64,000 nucleotides of DNA from Bacteroidia bacterium (GCA_046299555.1 JBKBHS010000004.1:120959-184958), one strand, 5' to 3'; positions 9,819-23,449 are shown, numbered from the stretch's first letter. Program-made: numbers and translations. The notes: generated by a model not told the origin, from the letters alone.

Positions 9819-9889
9819 ACGGGCGTAGTTCAAGGGTAGAATAGAGGTCTCCAAAACCTTTGATGGGAGTTCGAATCTCTCCGCCCGTG
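9819..9889 (+). tRNA. tRNA-Trp(CCA)
   Basis: ACGGGCG/CGCCCGT acceptor stem, anticodon loop CTCCAAA; precedes secE. Confidence 0.95.
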
Positions 9890-9909
9890 CAAAAAAAAAT
9901 GATATTTAA

Positions 9910-10101
9910 ATGTCGAAAATTAAGACATATTTTGAAGAAACCTACAACGAGCTTGTAACTAAAGTATCTTGGCCTACATGGCAAGAGTTACAAAGCAGTG
10001 CTATAGTAGTAATGATTGCTTCGCTAATTATCGCATTAATTATTTTTATAATGGATAAAAGCTTTAGCGAATTAATGAAAATATTTTATAACTCATTTTA
10101 A
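9910..10101 (+). CDS. secE: Preprotein translocase subunit SecE
   Basis: ELVTKVSWPT motif plus single TM; tuf-trp-secE-nusG order. Confidence 0.95.
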   Translation: MSKIKTYFEETYNELVTKVSWPTWQELQSSAIVVMIASLIIALIIFIMDKSFSELMKIFYNSF

Positions 10102-10125
10102 TAGAATCGAAGTCTACCCACGAAT

Positions 10126-10677
10126 ATGAGCGATAATACAAAAAAATGGTATGTTATTAGAGCTATCAGCGGCCAAGAAAAAAAGGTAAAGCAATATATC
10201 GAAACCGAAATAAGCCGTTTGAAGATGGGAGACTACGTTTCTCAAGTACTTATACCTACAGAAAAAATATACCAGATTAGAAACGGAAAAAAAGTTAGTA
10301 AAGAGAGAAGTTATTTCCCTGGTTATGTTTTAATCGAAGCAAATCTTGTTGGAGAAGTACCCCACATATTAAAAAATATACCGGGAGTAATTGGATTTTT
10401 AGGGGCAAAAGGCAATGAAATTCCCGACCCGCTAAGACCTTCTGAAGTTAATAGAATACTTGGTACAGTTGATGAATTAGCTGAAAGTACCGAAGAACTT
10501 AATATACCTTTTATTGTTGGTGAAACAGTAAAAGTAATTGATGGCCCATTTAACAGCTTTAGTGGTGTTATTGAAGAAGTTAACGAAGAAAAGAAAAAGC
10601 TGAAAGTAATGGTTAAAATTTTTGGACGTAAAACTCCGCTTGAATTAAGCTTCCTTCAAGTAGAGAAAGAGTCATAA
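10126..10677 (+). CDS. nusG: Transcription termination/antitermination factor NusG
   Basis: [20 protein letters not shown] domain DGPF...[10 protein letters not shown]. Confidence 0.97.
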   Translation: MSDNTKKWYVIRAISGQEKKVKQYIETEISRLKMGDYVSQVLIPTEKIYQIRNGKKVSKERSYFPGYVLIEANLVGEVPHILKNIPGVIGFLGAKGNEIPDPLRPSEVNRILGTVDELAESTEELNIPFIVGETVKVIDGPFNSFSGVIEEVNEEKKKLKVMVKIFGRKTPLELSFLQVEKES

Positions 10678-10703
10678 TATATAACGATTAAAGTAAAATA
10701 AAA

Positions 10704-11147
10704 ATGGCAAAAGAAATTAGTGGATTTATTAAATTACAAGTAAAAGGAGGAGCTGCAAACCCTGCACCACCAATTGGACCGGCTTTAGGTTCAAAAGGGG
10801 TTAATATTATGGAGTTTTGTAAGCAATTTAACGCCAGAACTCAAGATAAAGCAGGAAAAGTGCTTCCTGTGGTTATTACGGTATATTCAGATAAATCGTT
10901 TGATTTTATCATCAAACAACCACCGGTAGCTGTATCAATAAAAGAGGCTGCAAAAATTCAAACCGGTTCGGCAGAATCAAATCGTAAAAAAGTTGGTTCA
11001 ATATCTTGGGATCAAGTTAGAAAAATTGCTGAAGAAAAAATGCAAGATATGAATTGCTTTACCATTGAATCTGCCATGAGTATGGTAGCCGGTACAGCGA
11101 GAAGTATGGGAGTAACTATAACCGGAGAATCTCCACTTAAAAAATAA
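10704..11147 (+). CDS. rplK: 50S ribosomal protein L11
   Basis: [28 protein letters not shown]. Confidence 0.98.
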   Translation: MAKEISGFIKLQVKGGAANPAPPIGPALGSKGVNIMEFCKQFNARTQDKAGKVLPVVITVYSDKSFDFIIKQPPVAVSIKEAAKIQTGSAESNRKKVGSISWDQVRKIAEEKMQDMNCFTIESAMSMVAGTARSMGVTITGESPLKK

Positions 11148-11155
11148 ATTAACCA

Positions 11156-11195
11156 GATGGAGTTTCAGATATTTATGCTGAAACGTTTGTACATC
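11156..11195 (+). promoter_or_regulatory. Candidate L1-binding mRNA structure in the rplK-rplA spacer
   Basis: GATG/CATC and GTTTCAG/CTGAAAC helices separated by an asymmetric GA-containing internal loop. Confidence 0.45.
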
Positions 11196-11209
11196 ACAAA
11201 TTTATAATT

Positions 11210-11905
11210 ATGGCTAAATTAACTAAAAAGAGAAAACTGGCTTTATCTAAATACGATGCTGAAAAAGCATACGATTTAGCTACTGCCGCAAAAGTGGTTA
11301 AAGATATTACCACTACTAAGTTTGATGCCTCTGTTGATGTTGCTATACGTTTAGGAGTAGATCCTCGTAAAGCAAATCAAATGGTTAGAGGTATTGTTAC
11401 ATTACCTCACGGAACCGGAAAAACGGTTCGTGTATTAGTGCTTTGTACTCCCGATAAGGAAGAAGAAGCTAAAAAAGCAGGTGCAGATTATGTTGGCTTA
11501 GACGAGTATGTAGAAAAAATTAAAAATGGATGGACTGATGTAGATGTAATAATCTGTACACCAAATGTTATGGGTAAAGTTGGTGCCTTAGGTAAAGTTT
11601 TAGGACCACGTGGTCTTATGCCTAATCCTAAAACAGGTACCGTTACATTAGAAGTAGGAAAAGCGGTAAGTGAAGTTAAAGCCGGAAAAATAGATTTTAA
11701 AGTAGATAAGACAGGGATTATTCATGCTTCCATCGGTAAAGTTTCTTTCGATGCACAGAAATTAGCCGAGAATGCCCAAGAGCTTATCTCAACCGTTATT
11801 AAGTTAAAGCCATCTTCGGCCAAGGGTACTTATATTAAGAGTATATCTTTATCAAGTACCATGAGTCCAGGTGTAAATATTGATACAAAAACGGTATTAA
11901 ATTAA
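11210..11905 (+). CDS. rplA: 50S ribosomal protein L1
   Basis: [30 protein letters not shown]. Confidence 0.98.
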   Translation: MAKLTKKRKLALSKYDAEKAYDLATAAKVVKDITTTKFDASVDVAIRLGVDPRKANQMVRGIVTLPHGTGKTVRVLVLCTPDKEEEAKKAGADYVGLDEYVEKIKNGWTDVDVIICTPNVMGKVGALGKVLGPRGLMPNPKTGTVTLEVGKAVSEVKAGKIDFKVDKTGIIHASIGKVSFDAQKLAENAQELISTVIKLKPSSAKGTYIKSISLSSTMSPGVNIDTKTVLN

Positions 11906-11937
11906 TCACTCAAATTAGAATTTAGAAACTCATAACA

Positions 11938-12459
11938 ATGAATAAAGCAGAAAAAAACCAGATGATAGATGTTTTGGTTGAAGAAATCAACCAAAATCCA
12001 AATTTCTATCTTACGGATATTTCGAACTTAACCGTACAAAAAACAAACGAGTTGCGTGGGTTATGTTTTAAAAAGGGAATAAGATTGAAGGTGGTAAAAA
12101 ATACCCTGCTTAAAAAAGCGTTAGAAAAAACAGGTCGCGACTATTCTGAATTATTTCCAGTATTAGCAGGATCTACTTCCATAATGTTTGCTGAAGCAGG
12201 AAATGTACCGGCCAAACTTATTCAAGAATTCCGTAAATCAAATGATAAGCCTATATTAAAAGCTGCATATGTTGAAGAATGCATTTATATAGGAGACAAT
12301 CAATTAAATACACTAGTAAGCATTAAATCTAAAAATGAGCTTATTGGTGATATCATCGGGTTATTACAATCTCCTGCCAAAAATGTTATTAGCGCTCTTC
12401 AATCGGGCGGTAATAAGCTTTCAGGAATTGTTAAAACACTTTCTGAGCGACCCGAATAA
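11938..12459 (+). CDS. rplJ: 50S ribosomal protein L10
   Basis: VVKNTLLKKAL; position between rplA and rplL. Confidence 0.96.
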   Translation: MNKAEKNQMIDVLVEEINQNPNFYLTDISNLTVQKTNELRGLCFKKGIRLKVVKNTLLKKALEKTGRDYSELFPVLAGSTSIMFAEAGNVPAKLIQEFRKSNDKPILKAAYVEECIYIGDNQLNTLVSIKSKNELIGDIIGLLQSPAKNVISALQSGGNKLSGIVKTLSERPE

Positions 12460-12532
12460 TTATATTAAGTACGCACTTAGCTTCCAAATAAATTAAACAA
12501 GTAAATTACAAACAATTAAAACAATAAACAAA

Positions 12533-12916
12533 ATGGCAGATTTAAAAGCTTTCGCAGAACAGTTAGTTAACTTATCAGTTAAAGAAGTTAATGAACTAGC
12601 TAAGATTTTGAAAGATGAATATGGTATTGAACCTGCTGCTGCTGCAGTTGCAGTTGCTGCTCCGGGTGCAGGCGCTCCTGGTGCTGGTGCAGCTGCTGAA
12701 GCTAAAACATCTTTCGATGTAATTTTGAAAAATGGTGGTGCTAACAAATTAGCAGTAGTTAAATTAGTAAAAGACTTAACAGGTCTTGGATTAAAAGAAG
12801 CTAAAGATTTAGTTGACGGTGCTCCAAAACCATTAAAAGAAGGTGTTACTAAAGACGAAGCAGATGCTTTAGTTAAACAACTTACTGAAGCCGGAGCCGA
12901 AGTTGAGGTTAAATAA
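12533..12916 (+). CDS. rplL: 50S ribosomal protein L7/L12
   Basis: Ala-rich hinge, [24 protein letters not shown]. Confidence 0.98.
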   Translation: MADLKAFAEQLVNLSVKEVNELAKILKDEYGIEPAAAAVAVAAPGAGAPGAGAAAEAKTSFDVILKNGGANKLAVVKLVKDLTGLGLKEAKDLVDGAPKPLKEGVTKDEADALVKQLTEAGAEVEVK

Positions 12917-12940
12917 TCTCACTTCTAAAAAGCATATTAC

Positions 12941-12980
12941 GGTTTAGGTCGGTGCTATTATTGCACAGACCTAAGCCTTT
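12941..12980 (+). terminator. Terminator/attenuator hairpin between rplL and rpoB
   Basis: GGTTTAGGTCGGTGC...GCACAGACCTAAGCC followed by TTT. Confidence 0.65.
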
Positions 12981-13048
12981 ATGTGTTTATATACTTTTGA
13001 AATAGAACTAGAATTTAGTTTAGTTTTAATCCTAAAAAAATAAAAGTC

Positions 13049-16000
13049 TTGGAACAAATAAAGAAAAACCAAAGGATCAGTTTTGCATCCACCAAAAATC
13101 AGTTAGAATATCCTGATTTTTTGGACATACAAATACAGTCGTTTAAAGACTTCTTCCAATTAGATACAACCCCAGAAGATAGAGCAAACGAAGGATTATA
13201 CAAAGTATTCGCTGAAAACTTCCCAATCAGCGATGCTCGCAATAACTTCGTTTTAGAATTCTTAGATTATTTTATTGATCCTCCAAAATACAGCATTGAA
13301 GAATGTATAGAAAGAGGTTTAACTTACAGTGTTCCATTAAAAGCTAAATTAAAGCTTTATTGTACCGATCCTGAACATGAAGATTTCGAAACCATTATTC
13401 AGGATGTATATTTGGGAACCATACCTTACATGACTCCCAAAGGCACATTTGTAATAAATGGTGCCGAAAGAGTAGTGGTATCTCAATTACACCGTTCACC
13501 GGGTGTATTTTTTGGTCAATCGTGGCATGCCAACGGAACTAAGCTGTATTCTGCGCGTGTTATTCCATTTAAAGGTTCATGGATAGAATTTGCAACAGAC
13601 ATCAACGCAGTAATGTATGCTTATATTGATCGTAAGAAAAAATTGCCAGTTACTACACTTTTAAGAGCGATAGGCTTTGAAAGTGATAAAGATATATTAG
13701 AAATTTTTAACCTAGCAGAAGAAGTTAAAGTTTCTAAAGCAGCCCTTAAAAAGTTAGTTGGTAGAAAACTTGCCGCACGTGTTCTTAAAACATGGATTGA
13801 AGATTTTGTGGATGAAGATACCGGAGAAGTAGTTTCTATCGAACGTAACGAAGTAATTATTGATCGTGAAACGGTATTACAAGAAGAACATATTGATCTT
13901 ATTATAGATTCAAATGTAAAATCCATCATTATTCATAGAGAAGATGTAAATACCGCTGATTATGCAATTATTTACAACACTTTACAAAAAGATACATCTA
14001 ACTCTGAAAAAGAAGCGGTTGAATACATCTATCGTTTATTACGAAACGCAGAACCACCTGACGAAGAAACAGCTCGTGGTATCATTGAAAAATTATTCTT
14101 CTCTGATAAACGTTACGATTTAGGTGAAGTAGGTCGTTATCGTATCAATAAAAAGTTAAAACTGGATGTTCCTGAAGATGTTAAAGTTTTAACCAAAGAA
14201 GATATCATCTCCATAATTAAATATTTAATTGAGTTAGTAAACTCAAAAACCGATGTAGATGATATTGATCACTTAAGTAACAGACGTGTTAGAACCGTTG
14301 GAGAACAATTATATGCACAATTTGGAGTTGGTTTAGCACGTATGGCGCGTACCATTCGTGAAAGAATGAATGTAAGAGATAACGAAGTATTTACTCCTGC
14401 CGATTTAATAAATGCTAAAACTTTATCATCAGTTATAAATTCTTTCTTTGGAACCAATCAATTATCTCAGTTTATGGATCAAACCAATCCATTATCTGAG
14501 ATTACTCATAAAAGACGTTTATCTGCATTAGGACCCGGTGGTTTATCAAGAGAGCGTGCTGGTTTCGAAGTACGTGACGTTCACTATACTCACTATGGTC
14601 GTTTATGTACCATCGAAACGCCTGAAGGTCCTAACATTGGTTTGATTTCATCGCTTTGTGTTTATGCAAAAGTCAATAAATTAGGATTTATCGAAACACC
14701 TTATCGTACAGTAACAAACGGTAAGGTCGATTTAGATAAGCCGGTTGTATATTTAACAGCTGAAGAAGAAGACGGAAAGATAATTGCTCAGGCAAATGCT
14801 CCAATAAACGAAAAAGGAGAGTTTGAAAGCAATAAAATAAAGGCACGTTTCGAAGGTGATTTCCCAATTGCTGAACCGGAAAAAGTACAGTTAATTGACG
14901 TAGCTCCAAATCAAATTGCTTCAATTGCTGCTTCATTAATTCCATTCTTAGAACACGATGATGCTAACCGTGCATTAATGGGTTCTAACATGCAACGTCA
15001 AGCCGTTCCATTACTTAAACCTCAAGCTCCAATAGTAGGTACCGGTTTAGAAGCAGCTGTAGCCCGCGATTCTCGCGTTTTAGTAACTGCAGAAGGCGAT
15101 GGAGTTGTAGAATATGTTGATGCAAACGAAATTGTTATTAAATATAACAGAACAGATAAAGAAAGATTAGTAAGTTTTGAAGATGATACTAAAACTTACA
15201 AGTTAACAAAATTCCGCAAAACCAATCAAAGTACTTGTATTAATTTACGTCCAATTGTTAAGAAGGGCGATAAAGTTAAAGCAGGACAAATCCTATGCGA
15301 AGGATATGCAACCGAAAATGGTGAATTAGCATTAGGACGTAACTTAAAAGTTGCATTCATGCCTTGGAAAGGGTATAACTTTGAGGATGCTATTGTAATT
15401 TCTGAGCGTGTAGTTCGCGAAGATTGGTTTACTTCTATCCATATTGATGAGTATGTTTTAGAGGTTCGTGATACTAAATTAGGTTTAGAAGAATTAACAC
15501 CGGATATTCCAAACGTAAGCGAAGAGGCAACTAAAGATTTAGACCAAAATGGTTTAATTCGAATTGGAGCCGAAGTAAAAGAAGGAGATATTTTAATTGG
15601 TAAGATTACTCCTAAAGGAGAGTCAGACCCAACTCCTGAGGAAAAATTACTTAGAGCCATATTTGGCGATAAAGCCGGTGATGTTAAAGATGCTTCATTA
15701 AAGGTTCCACCATCAGTAAGTGGTGTAGTTATTGATAAAAAATTATTCTCTCGCGTTATAAAAGATAAAAAAGCTAAAGTGGATGAAAAGGCACTTTTAG
15801 CTAAAATTGACGAAGAGTTTAATGAAGCTTATGCCGAACTTAAAAATGTATTAGTTGATAAATTATTCACTTTGGTTAATGGTAAAACTTCACAAGGTGT
15901 TACCAATAACTTTAAAGATGTGGTAATTGCCAAAGGCGCTAAGTTTACTGTTAAAGCATTACAAGGTTTAGATTACTTAAACATCAATCCAAATAAATGG

Positions 16001-16858
16001 ACAACTGACGAAGAAACCAATGCTTTAATCAAAACCTTACTACACAACTTCCATATTAAATACAATGATTTATTAGGGGTATTTAAGCGTAAGAAATTTG
16101 CATTAACAGTGGGAGACGAATTACCAACCGGAATAGTTCAACTTGCAAAAGTTTATATTGCCAAAAAACGTAAATTAAAAGTAGGTGATAAGATGGCCGG
16201 TCGCCACGGAAACAAAGGTATTGTAGCCAAAATAGTACGTGACGAAGATATGCCATTCTTAGAAGATGGAACTCCGGTAGATATCGTATTAAATCCATTA
16301 GGAGTACCATCGCGAATGAACCTTGGTCAGATTTACGAAACCATATTAGGATGGGCAGGACAAAAATTAGGCGTAAAATTCAGTACACCTATTTTTGATG
16401 GAGCAAGTTTAGATGATATAAACGAATACACCAAAAAAGCCGGAATACCTGAGTATGGAAAAACATATTTATACGATGGCGGTACCGGTGAAAGATTCCA
16501 TCAACCGGCAACTGTTGGTGTAATCTATATGCTGAAATTAGGACACATGGTGGATGATAAAATGCATGCTCGTTCAATTGGACCATATTCACTTATTACA
16601 CAACAACCATTGGGTGGTAAAGCCCAATTCGGTGGTCAGCGTTTAGGTGAAATGGAAGTTTGGGCTTTAGAAGCTTATGGTGCTGCAAATATTCTTCAAG
16701 AAATGCTAACCATAAAATCCGATGATGTAGTTGGTAGAGCTAAAGCCTACGAAGCAATTGTAAAAGGCGAAAATATGCCTACACCGGGCATTCCTGAATC
16801 TTTCAACGTATTATTACACGAATTAAGAGGATTGTGCTTAGATATTAAGCTTGATTAA
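13049..16858 (+). CDS. rpoB: RNA polymerase beta subunit (TTG start)
   Basis: [56 protein letters not shown]. Confidence 0.99.
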   Translation: MEQIKKNQRISFASTKNQLEYPDFLDIQIQSFKDFFQLDTTPEDRANEGLYKVFAENFPISDARNNFVLEFLDYFIDPPKYSIEECIERGLTYSVPLKAKLKLYCTDPEHEDFETIIQDVYLGTIPYMTPKGTFVINGAERVVVSQLHRSPGVFFGQSWHANGTKLYSARVIPFKGSWIEFATDINAVMYAYIDRKKKLPVTTLLRAIGFESDKDILEIFNLAEEVKVSKAALKKLVGRKLAARVLKTWIEDFVDEDTGEVVSIERNEVIIDRETVLQEEHIDLIIDSNVKSIIIHREDVNTADYAIIYNTLQKDTSNSEKEAVEYIYRLLRNAEPPDEETARGIIEKLFFSDKRYDLGEVGRYRINKKLKLDVPEDVKVLTKEDIISIIKYLIELVNSKTDVDDIDHLSNRRVRTVGEQLYAQFGVGLARMARTIRERMNVRDNEVFTPADLINAKTLSSVINSFFGTNQLSQFMDQTNPLSEITHKRRLSALGPGGLSRERAGFEVRDVHYTHYGRLCTIETPEGPNIGLISSLCVYAKVNKLGFIETPYRTVTNGKVDLDKPVVYLTAEEEDGKIIAQANAPINEKGEFESNKIKARFEGDFPIAEPEKVQLIDVAPNQIASIAASLIPFLEHDDANRALMGSNMQRQAVPLLKPQAPIVGTGLEAAVARDSRVLVTAEGDGVVEYVDANEIVIKYNRTDKERLVSFEDDTKTYKLTKFRKTNQSTCINLRPIVKKGDKVKAGQILCEGYATENGELALGRNLKVAFMPWKGYNFEDAIVISERVVREDWFTSIHIDEYVLEVRDTKLGLEELTPDIPNVSEEATKDLDQNGLIRIGAEVKEGDILIGKITPKGESDPTPEEKLLRAIFGDKAGDVKDASLKVPPSVSGVVIDKKLFSRVIKDKKAKVDEKALLAKIDEEFNEAYAELKNVLVDKLFTLVNGKTSQGVTNNFKDVVIAKGAKFTVKALQGLDYLNINPNKWTTDEETNALIKTLLHNFHIKYNDLLGVFKRKKFALTVGDELPTGIVQLAKVYIAKKRKLKVGDKMAGRHGNKGIVAKIVRDEDMPFLEDGTPVDIVLNPLGVPSRMNLGQIYETILGWAGQKLGVKFSTPIFDGASLDDINEYTKKAGIPEYGKTYLYDGGTGERFHQPATVGVIYMLKLGHMVDDKMHARSIGPYSLITQQPLGGKAQFGGQRLGEMEVWALEAYGAANILQEMLTIKSDDVVGRAKAYEAIVKGENMPTPGIPESFNVLLHELRGLCLDIKLD

Positions 16859-16868
16859 TACTAAAGTT

Positions 16869-16895
16869 TGCCGTTGCTACCAAGTAGCAACGGCA
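16869..16895 (+). other. Perfect hairpin in the rpoB-rpoC spacer
   Basis: TGCCGTTGCTAC-CAA-GTAGCAACGGCA. Confidence 0.65.
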
Positions 16896-16932
16896 TTAAA
16901 CTTTTAATTACTAAAAATTATAATTAACCTAT

Positions 16933-19900
16933 ATGGCTCTTAAAAGAGATAATAAGCTAAAAAGCAATTTCAGCAAGCTTACTATTAGCCTTGCTTCTCC
17001 CGAAACAATCTTAGAACGTTCTTTCGGTGAGGTGTTAAAACCGGAAACTATCAATTACAGAACTTATAAGCCTGAAAGAGATGGTTTATTTTGCGAGCGA
17101 ATATTTGGTCCTGTAAAAGATTACGAATGTCATTGCGGTAAATATAAACGTATTCGATATAAAGGAATAGTGTGCGACCGATGTGGAGTTGAAGTTACCG
17201 AGAAAAAAGTTCGTAGAGAGCGCATGGGGCATATTCAATTAGTAGTTCCCGTTGCTCATATTTGGTATTTTCGCTCATTGCCAAATAAAATTGGCTACCT
17301 ATTAGGATTACCATCCAAAAAATTAGATGCCATTATTTATTACGAACGTTATGTTGTAATTCAAGCCGGTGTTGCTGTTAAACCTGACGGCTCTCCTCTT
17401 GAATACATGGACTTTTTAACCGAAGAAGAATATCTAAACATTTTAGATAATCTACCCAAAGAAAATCAATATTTAGACGACTCAGACCCTAATAAATTTA
17501 TTGCTAAAATGGGGGCAGAAGCATTACACATGCTTTTAAGTCGTTTAGATTTAGACGCACTTTCATTCGATTTACGTCATAAAGCCAACACCGAAACTTC
17601 ACAACAGCGTAAACAAGAAGCTTTAAAACGCTTGCAAGTAGTTGAAGCTTTTCGTGAAGCAAACAAACATGTTGAAAATCGTCCGGAGTGGATGGTTGTA
17701 AAAGTAGTACCGGTAATTCCACCCGAATTACGTCCTTTAGTTCCATTAGATGGCGGTCGTTTTGCAACCTCTGATTTGAATGATTTATATAGACGTGTAA
17801 TTATTCGTAATAATCGTTTAAAACGTTTAATCGAAATCAAAGCTCCTGAAGTAATCTTACGTAACGAAAAACGTATGTTACAAGAAGCTGTTGATTCATT
17901 GTTCGATAATTCACGTAAATCAAATGCTGTTAAAACAGAATCAAACCGAGCATTAAAATCTTTATCCGATTCATTAAAAGGTAAACAAGGTCGTTTCCGT
18001 CAAAATTTATTAGGTAAACGTGTTGATTATTCAGCTCGTTCGGTAATTGTTGTTGGTCCTGAATTAAAAATGCACGAATGCGGTTTACCAAAAAGCATGG
18101 CAGCTGAATTATTCAAACCGTTTATAATCCGTAAATTAATTGAAAGAGGAATAGTTAAAACGGTAAAATCAGCCAAGAAAATTGTTGATAGAAAAGATCC
18201 GGTAGTTTGGGATATTCTTGAAAATGTATTGAAAGGACACCCGGTATTATTGAACCGTGCCCCCACATTACACCGTTTAGGTATTCAGGCCTTCCAACCT
18301 AAGTTAATCGAAGGTAAAGCTATTCAATTACATCCATTGGTTTGTACTGCATTTAATGCCGACTTTGATGGCGACCAAATGGCAGTTCACTTACCTTTAG
18401 GAAACGCTGCGGTATTAGAAGCCCAAATTTTAATGTTAGCTTCTCATAATATTTTAAATCCGGCTAATGGTGCTCCTATTACCGTTCCATCTCAAGACAT
18501 GGTTCTTGGTTTATATTACATAACCAAAGGTCGTAAATCAACTCCGGAGCATCCTGTAAAAGGTGAAGGAATGAAGTTTTACTCTTCTGAAGAAGTAATT
18601 ATAGCTTTAAACGAACAAAAAGTTGATTTACACGCACATATTAAAGTAAGAGCTACCGTTAGAGAAAACGATCAGTTGGTAACAAAATTAATAGATACCA
18701 CTGTTGGTAGAGTTATTTTTAATCAGGTAGTTCCACAAGAAGTTGGTTTTATTAATGAATTATTAACCAAAAAATCATTACGCGATATTATCGGTAATAT
18801 TTTAAAACATACCGGTATTGCCAGAACTTCAAAATTCTTGGACGACATTAAAGACCTTGGATTCCAAATGGCATTCAAAGGTGGATTGTCATTCAAATTA
18901 AGCGATATTGCCACTCCGCCTGAAAAAGAAAAAATGGTTGCCGATGCTAACGCTCAAGTAGAAGAGGTGATGATGAACTATAACATGGGTCTAATTACCA
19001 ACAACGAGCGTTACAACCAAATTATCGATATTTGGACACATACCAACTCACGCTTAACTAATCGCTTGATGGAGCAATTGAAGAATGACGATCAGGGATT
19101 CAACTCCATCTACATGATGTTTGATTCCGGTGCGAGAGGTTCTAAAGAACAAATTCGTCAGTTATGTGGTATGCGTGGATTAATGGCTAAACCATCTAAA
19201 GCAGGTTCAAGTGGCGGAGATATTATCGAAAACCCAATTCTTTCAAACTTTAAAGAAGGTCTTTCAATTCTTGAATACTTTATTTCTACCCACGGTGCAC
19301 GTAAAGGATTGGCCGATACAGCTCTTAAAACAGCTGATGCCGGTTACTTAACACGTAGATTAGTGGATGTAGCGCAAGATGTAATTATTAATATGGAAGA
19401 TTGTGGAACATTAAGAGGAATTGTTACCACTGCGCTTAAGAAAGATGATGAAATTGTTGAAACACTTTACGATAAAATTTTAGGTAGAGTATCTGTTCAC
19501 GATATTTACAACCCAACCAATAATCAACTAATTGTTAAGGCCGGTGAGGAAATTACCGAAGACATTGCTAAAATAATTGAAAATTCACCTATCGAAGAGG
19601 TAGAAATTCGTTCGGTATTAACTTGCGAAGCAAAACATGGGGTATGTGCTAAATGTTACGGCAGAAACTTAGCTACCGGAAGAATGGTGCAAATAGGAGA
19701 AAGTGTGGGAGTTATTGCAGCCCAATCAATTGGTGAACCGGGAACTCAGCTTACACTTCGTACATTCCACGTGGGTGGTACAGCTTCTAATATTGCATCA
19801 GCCTCTAAAATTGATGCTAAATACGATGGTATTATCGAATTTGATGAGTTACGTACCATAGAAAAAGAAAATTTAGAAGGCGAAAAAGTAAGCATCGTAT

Positions 19901-21246
19901 TAGGCCGTTCAACCGAATTTAGAATTGTGGATGAAAATACCGGAAATATCTTAACTACAGGTAACATCCCTTATGCATCTGAACTATATGTTAAACACGG
20001 CTCAAAACTTAAAAAAGGTGACAGCATTTGTAAGTGGGATCCATATAATGCCGTAATTATTGCCGAAACAAAAGGTAAAATTGAATTTGAAAGCATTATT
20101 GAAGGTTTAACCTATCGTGAAGAATCAGACGAACAAACCGGTTTCCGTGAAAAAGTAATTATTGATAGCCGAGATAAATCTAAAAACCCTGCTATCAAAA
20201 TTGTTTCGGAAGATGGAGAAGAAATTAAATCATACAACATTCCTGTTGGTGCTCACGTAGTTGTTAATGAAGGTGAAGAAATTGAAGCCGGTCAAATATT
20301 GGTTAAAATACCAAGATCTACAGGAGGTAAATCGGGAGATATTACCGGTGGTTTACCACGTGTTACCGAATTGTTCGAAGCACGTAATCCAAGTAATCCG
20401 GCTATAGTATCAGAAATTGATGGAATTGTTTCTTTCGGTAAAGTAAAACGCGGAAATCGCGAGATTATAGTAGAGTCAAAAACAGGAGAAGTAAAACGTT
20501 ACTTAGTGCCGCTATCGCGCCATATTTTGGTTCAAGAAAATGACTTTATTAAAGCTGGCGAACGATTAACAGACGGAGCAATCTCTCCATCCGATATATT
20601 GGCTATTAAAGGACCAACTGAGGTACAATCATACTTAGTAAACGAAGTTCAAGAAGTTTACCGTTTACAAGGGGTGAAAATAAACGATAAGCATTTTGAA
20701 GTAATTATTCGTCAAATGATGCGTAAAGTAGTTATCGTTGATCCGGGCGATACCAAATTCCTCGAAGGTTCTATCGTAAATAAAGTAGAGGCAATGGAAG
20801 AAAACGATTGGATCTTTGATAAAAAAGTAGTGGTTGATGCCGGAGATTCTACTGTATTTAAACCCGGACAAATTATTACTTCGCGCCAATTAAGAGACGA
20901 AAACTCATTGTTGATTCGTAAAGACTTAAAAGCCGTTATTGCTCGCGATGCAGTTCCTGCTACTTATAACCAAATTCTTCAAGGTATTACCAGAGCTTCG
21001 TTACAAACTGATAGTTGGATTTCTGCCGCTTCATTCCAGGAAACAACTAAAGTATTAACCGAAGCTGCTGTTAACGGAAAAGAAGATAATTTACTAGGTT
21101 TAAAAGAAAATGTAATTGTAGGACATTTAATTCCTGCAGGAACCGGATTAAGACAATACGAAAAATTAATTGTTGGTTCAAAAGAAGAATTCGATCTTCT
21201 TATGGCAACAAGAAAAGAAAGTTCCAAAGTTCAACTGGAAGATTAA
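16933..21246 (+). CDS. rpoC: RNA polymerase beta' subunit
   Basis: Zn finger CHCGKYK...CDRC, catalytic [12 protein letters not shown]. Confidence 0.99.
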   Translation: MALKRDNKLKSNFSKLTISLASPETILERSFGEVLKPETINYRTYKPERDGLFCERIFGPVKDYECHCGKYKRIRYKGIVCDRCGVEVTEKKVRRERMGHIQLVVPVAHIWYFRSLPNKIGYLLGLPSKKLDAIIYYERYVVIQAGVAVKPDGSPLEYMDFLTEEEYLNILDNLPKENQYLDDSDPNKFIAKMGAEALHMLLSRLDLDALSFDLRHKANTETSQQRKQEALKRLQVVEAFREANKHVENRPEWMVVKVVPVIPPELRPLVPLDGGRFATSDLNDLYRRVIIRNNRLKRLIEIKAPEVILRNEKRMLQEAVDSLFDNSRKSNAVKTESNRALKSLSDSLKGKQGRFRQNLLGKRVDYSARSVIVVGPELKMHECGLPKSMAAELFKPFIIRKLIERGIVKTVKSAKKIVDRKDPVVWDILENVLKGHPVLLNRAPTLHRLGIQAFQPKLIEGKAIQLHPLVCTAFNADFDGDQMAVHLPLGNAAVLEAQILMLASHNILNPANGAPITVPSQDMVLGLYYITKGRKSTPEHPVKGEGMKFYSSEEVIIALNEQKVDLHAHIKVRATVRENDQLVTKLIDTTVGRVIFNQVVPQEVGFINELLTKKSLRDIIGNILKHTGIARTSKFLDDIKDLGFQMAFKGGLSFKLSDIATPPEKEKMVADANAQVEEVMMNYNMGLITNNERYNQIIDIWTHTNSRLTNRLMEQLKNDDQGFNSIYMMFDSGARGSKEQIRQLCGMRGLMAKPSKAGSSGGDIIENPILSNFKEGLSILEYFISTHGARKGLADTALKTADAGYLTRRLVDVAQDVIINMEDCGTLRGIVTTALKKDDEIVETLYDKILGRVSVHDIYNPTNNQLIVKAGEEITEDIAKIIENSPIEEVEIRSVLTCEAKHGVCAKCYGRNLATGRMVQIGESVGVIAAQSIGEPGTQLTLRTFHVGGTASNIASASKIDAKYDGIIEFDELRTIEKENLEGEKVSIVLGRSTEFRIVDENTGNILTTGNIPYASELYVKHGSKLKKGDSICKWDPYNAVIIAETKGKIEFESIIEGLTYREESDEQTGFREKVIIDSRDKSKNPAIKIVSEDGEEIKSYNIPVGAHVVVNEGEEIEAGQILVKIPRSTGGKSGDITGGLPRVTELFEARNPSNPAIVSEIDGIVSFGKVKRGNREIIVESKTGEVKRYLVPLSRHILVQENDFIKAGERLTDGAISPSDILAIKGPTEVQSYLVNEVQEVYRLQGVKINDKHFEVIIRQMMRKVVIVDPGDTKFLEGSIVNKVEAMEENDWIFDKKVVVDAGDSTVFKPGQIITSRQLRDENSLLIRKDLKAVIARDAVPATYNQILQGITRASLQTDSWISAASFQETTKVLTEAAVNGKEDNLLGLKENVIVGHLIPAGTGLRQYEKLIVGSKEEFDLLMATRKESSKVQLED

Positions 21247-21284
21247 TTAAAAAATCCCCCCAAATTTTGGGGGGATTTTTTTAA
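21247..21284 (+). terminator. Rho-independent terminator after rpoC
   Basis: AAAAAATCCCCCCAA-AT-TTTGGGGGGATTTTTT inverted repeat with T tract. Confidence 0.85.
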
Positions 21285-21443
21285 CAAGTATATTTACACT
21301 TATAAATCATTATAAAAATCAAATTGTTTATTAATATAATATATGAATAATTAATTTTCTTAGATTCTTAAATGAAACTTAAAATAAATAAAAGTGTAAA
21401 TCAAACAATTTTTAAATAAACCAAAATCTATAAATAATAAATT

Positions 21444-21755
21444 ATGGAACAACAAAATAATCCCAATCAATTAAACATAGAATTAACTGAGGATATAGCT
21501 GAAGGTATATATTCTAATTTAGCTATAATTACTCATTCAAACGCAGAATTTGTAATTGATTTTATAAAAGTAATGCCGGGAGTTCCAAAAGCAAAAGTAA
21601 AATCGCGTATTTTATTAACGCCACAACATGCCAAGCGTTTACTCTTGGCACTAAAAGATAATATTGCCAAATTCGAAGCAACTCATGGTAAAATTGAAGC
21701 ACAAGCCGAATTTCCCATGCCCTTAAATTTTGGTGGACCTACTCCTCAGGCTTAA
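21444..21755 (+). CDS. DUF3467 family protein
   Basis: AEGIYSNLAIITHSNAEFVIDF...SRILLTPQHAKRLL; typical position after rpoC in Bacteroidota. Confidence 0.85.
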   Translation: MEQQNNPNQLNIELTEDIAEGIYSNLAIITHSNAEFVIDFIKVMPGVPKAKVKSRILLTPQHAKRLLLALKDNIAKFEATHGKIEAQAEFPMPLNFGGPTPQA

Positions 21756-21840
21756 AACATTTTTTGTTTGTTTAAAACTTATAGCGTATCTGTATTGTTA
21801 CAGCATGTATAATTTGTAATTTTAAACAAGAAAAATTTCT

Positions 21841-22305
21841 ATGGCAACTACCTTAAAAGCAGGAGACAAAGCACCTGAATTAAATGTAAACGACCAAAAC
21901 GGAAAAACGGTAAAGCTTTCTGATTATAAAGGAAAGAAATTGATTTTATACTTTTATCCGAAAGACGATACACCCGGTTGTACCGCAGAAGCATGTAATT
22001 TAAGAGATAATTTCGAAATGCTTAAAAAGAAGGGATTCGAAATTTTAGGGGTTAGTGCTGATAACGAAAAAAAACATGTAAAATTTATCGAAAAATATAA
22101 TTTACCCTTTCCGCTATTGGCAGATACCGAACAAAAAGTATCTAATGCATATGGAGTATGGGGTAAAAAGAAATTTATGGGTAAAGAATACATGGGAATT
22201 AACAGAACTACCTTTATAATCGATGAGCAAGGTAAAATTGAACATATTATAAGCGATGTAGATACAAAAAATCATACCGAACAAATATTATCACTATACA
22301 ACTAA
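21841..22305 (+). CDS. bcp: Thioredoxin-dependent thiol peroxidase Bcp
   Basis: [16 protein letters not shown]. Confidence 0.95.
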   Translation: MATTLKAGDKAPELNVNDQNGKTVKLSDYKGKKLILYFYPKDDTPGCTAEACNLRDNFEMLKKKGFEILGVSADNEKKHVKFIEKYNLPFPLLADTEQKVSNAYGVWGKKKFMGKEYMGINRTTFIIDEQGKIEHIISDVDTKNHTEQILSLYN

Positions 22306-22309
22306 AATT

Positions 22310-23338
22310 ATGAGCAAAGAAAAAGAAGCAATTAAAGAGGTTAATAAAGAAAAATTAAAAGCTCTGCAACTTACCATTGATAAGTTAGAAAAAACCTATG
22401 GTAAAGGCACTATAATGAAATTAGACGGAGGGGTGGTTGATGAGGTAGAAGTAATACCTTCAGGTTCCATTACCTTAGATATGGCTCTTGGAGTAGGTGG
22501 ATATCCTAAAGGACGAATAGTAGAAATCTTCGGGCCTGAATCATCCGGTAAAACCACTTTAGCCATACATGCCATTGCAGAAGCACAGAAAAGAGGCGGA
22601 ATAGCGGCCATTATTGATGCTGAACATGCATTTGACCGTTCTTACGCCAAAAAACTGGGTGTAAATCTCGATGATTTATTAATCTCTCAACCGGATAATG
22701 GAGAACAAGCTTTAGAAATAGCCGATAATCTTATTCGCTCAGGAGCTATTGATATTATTGTGATTGACTCAGTAGCTGCACTTACACCCAAAGGTGAAAT
22801 TGAAGGCGAAATGGGCGATTCTAAAATGGGATTACAAGCCCGATTAATGTCGCAAGCTTTACGTAAACTTACCGCTACAATTAATAAAACAAATTGCTGC
22901 TGCATTTTTATTAACCAATTACGTGAGAAAATAGGCGTAATGTTTGGTAATCCTGAAACAACCACCGGAGGTAATGCACTTAAGTTTTACGCCTCTTTGC
23001 GATTAGATATTCGCAGAATTGGACAGATAAAAGAAGGCGAAAATGTTACCGGAAACAGAACGCGTGTTAAAATTGTAAAAAATAAATTAGCGCCTCCTTT
23101 CCGTCAGGCTGAATTTGATATCCTGTATGGTGAAGGTATTTCACGTATCGGTGAAATTTTAGATTTAGGTGTTGATTTTGGAATTATTAAAAAGAGCGGC
23201 TCATGGTTTAGTTATGGCGATACCAAATTAGGACAAGGGCGCGATGCAGTAAAACAACTATTGAATGATAATCCTGAATTGGCAGAAGAGTTGGAAGCAA
23301 AAATAAGAGAAGCTTTAGCGCAAAAAAATGAGGATTAA
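22310..23338 (+). CDS. recA: Recombinase RecA
   Basis: [37 protein letters not shown]. Confidence 0.99.
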   Translation: MSKEKEAIKEVNKEKLKALQLTIDKLEKTYGKGTIMKLDGGVVDEVEVIPSGSITLDMALGVGGYPKGRIVEIFGPESSGKTTLAIHAIAEAQKRGGIAAIIDAEHAFDRSYAKKLGVNLDDLLISQPDNGEQALEIADNLIRSGAIDIIVIDSVAALTPKGEIEGEMGDSKMGLQARLMSQALRKLTATINKTNCCCIFINQLREKIGVMFGNPETTTGGNALKFYASLRLDIRRIGQIKEGENVTGNRTRVKIVKNKLAPPFRQAEFDILYGEGISRIGEILDLGVDFGIIKKSGSWFSYGDTKLGQGRDAVKQLLNDNPELAEELEAKIREALAQKNED

Positions 23339-23359
23339 CTTTATTCCATAATTTTTGAT

Positions 23360-23385
23360 AAAAGCCTCCTTTGTGAGGCTTTTTT
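23360..23385 (+). terminator. Rho-independent terminator after recA
   Basis: AAAAGCCTC-CTTTGT-GAGGCTTTTTT. Confidence 0.8.
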
Positions 23386-23432
23386 GTTAATATTTAAAAT
23401 CATATTTATTTTAGAAAAGCTCCTATTTTACT

Positions 23433-23440
23433 TAGCTTTG
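23433..23440 (+). promoter_or_regulatory. -7 promoter element for dnaX
   Basis: TAGCTTTG matches TAnnTTTG, 9 nt before ATG 23450. Confidence 0.5.
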
Positions 23441-23449
23441 CCATACGTT

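Noticed and set aside
12493-22965. Numerous 60-145 aa antisense ORFs inside rplL, rpoB, rpoC, bcp and recA
   Set aside because: Shadow ORFs caused by codon bias of conserved genes; no independent motifs
23384-23449. N-terminal extension of dnaX from the ORF track
   Set aside because: It overlaps the recA terminator and a promoter-like box; homology starts at MENFVVSARKYRP (23450). The extensions of the response regulator (1812-1946) and TonB receptor (55516-55617) were trimmed on similar grounds
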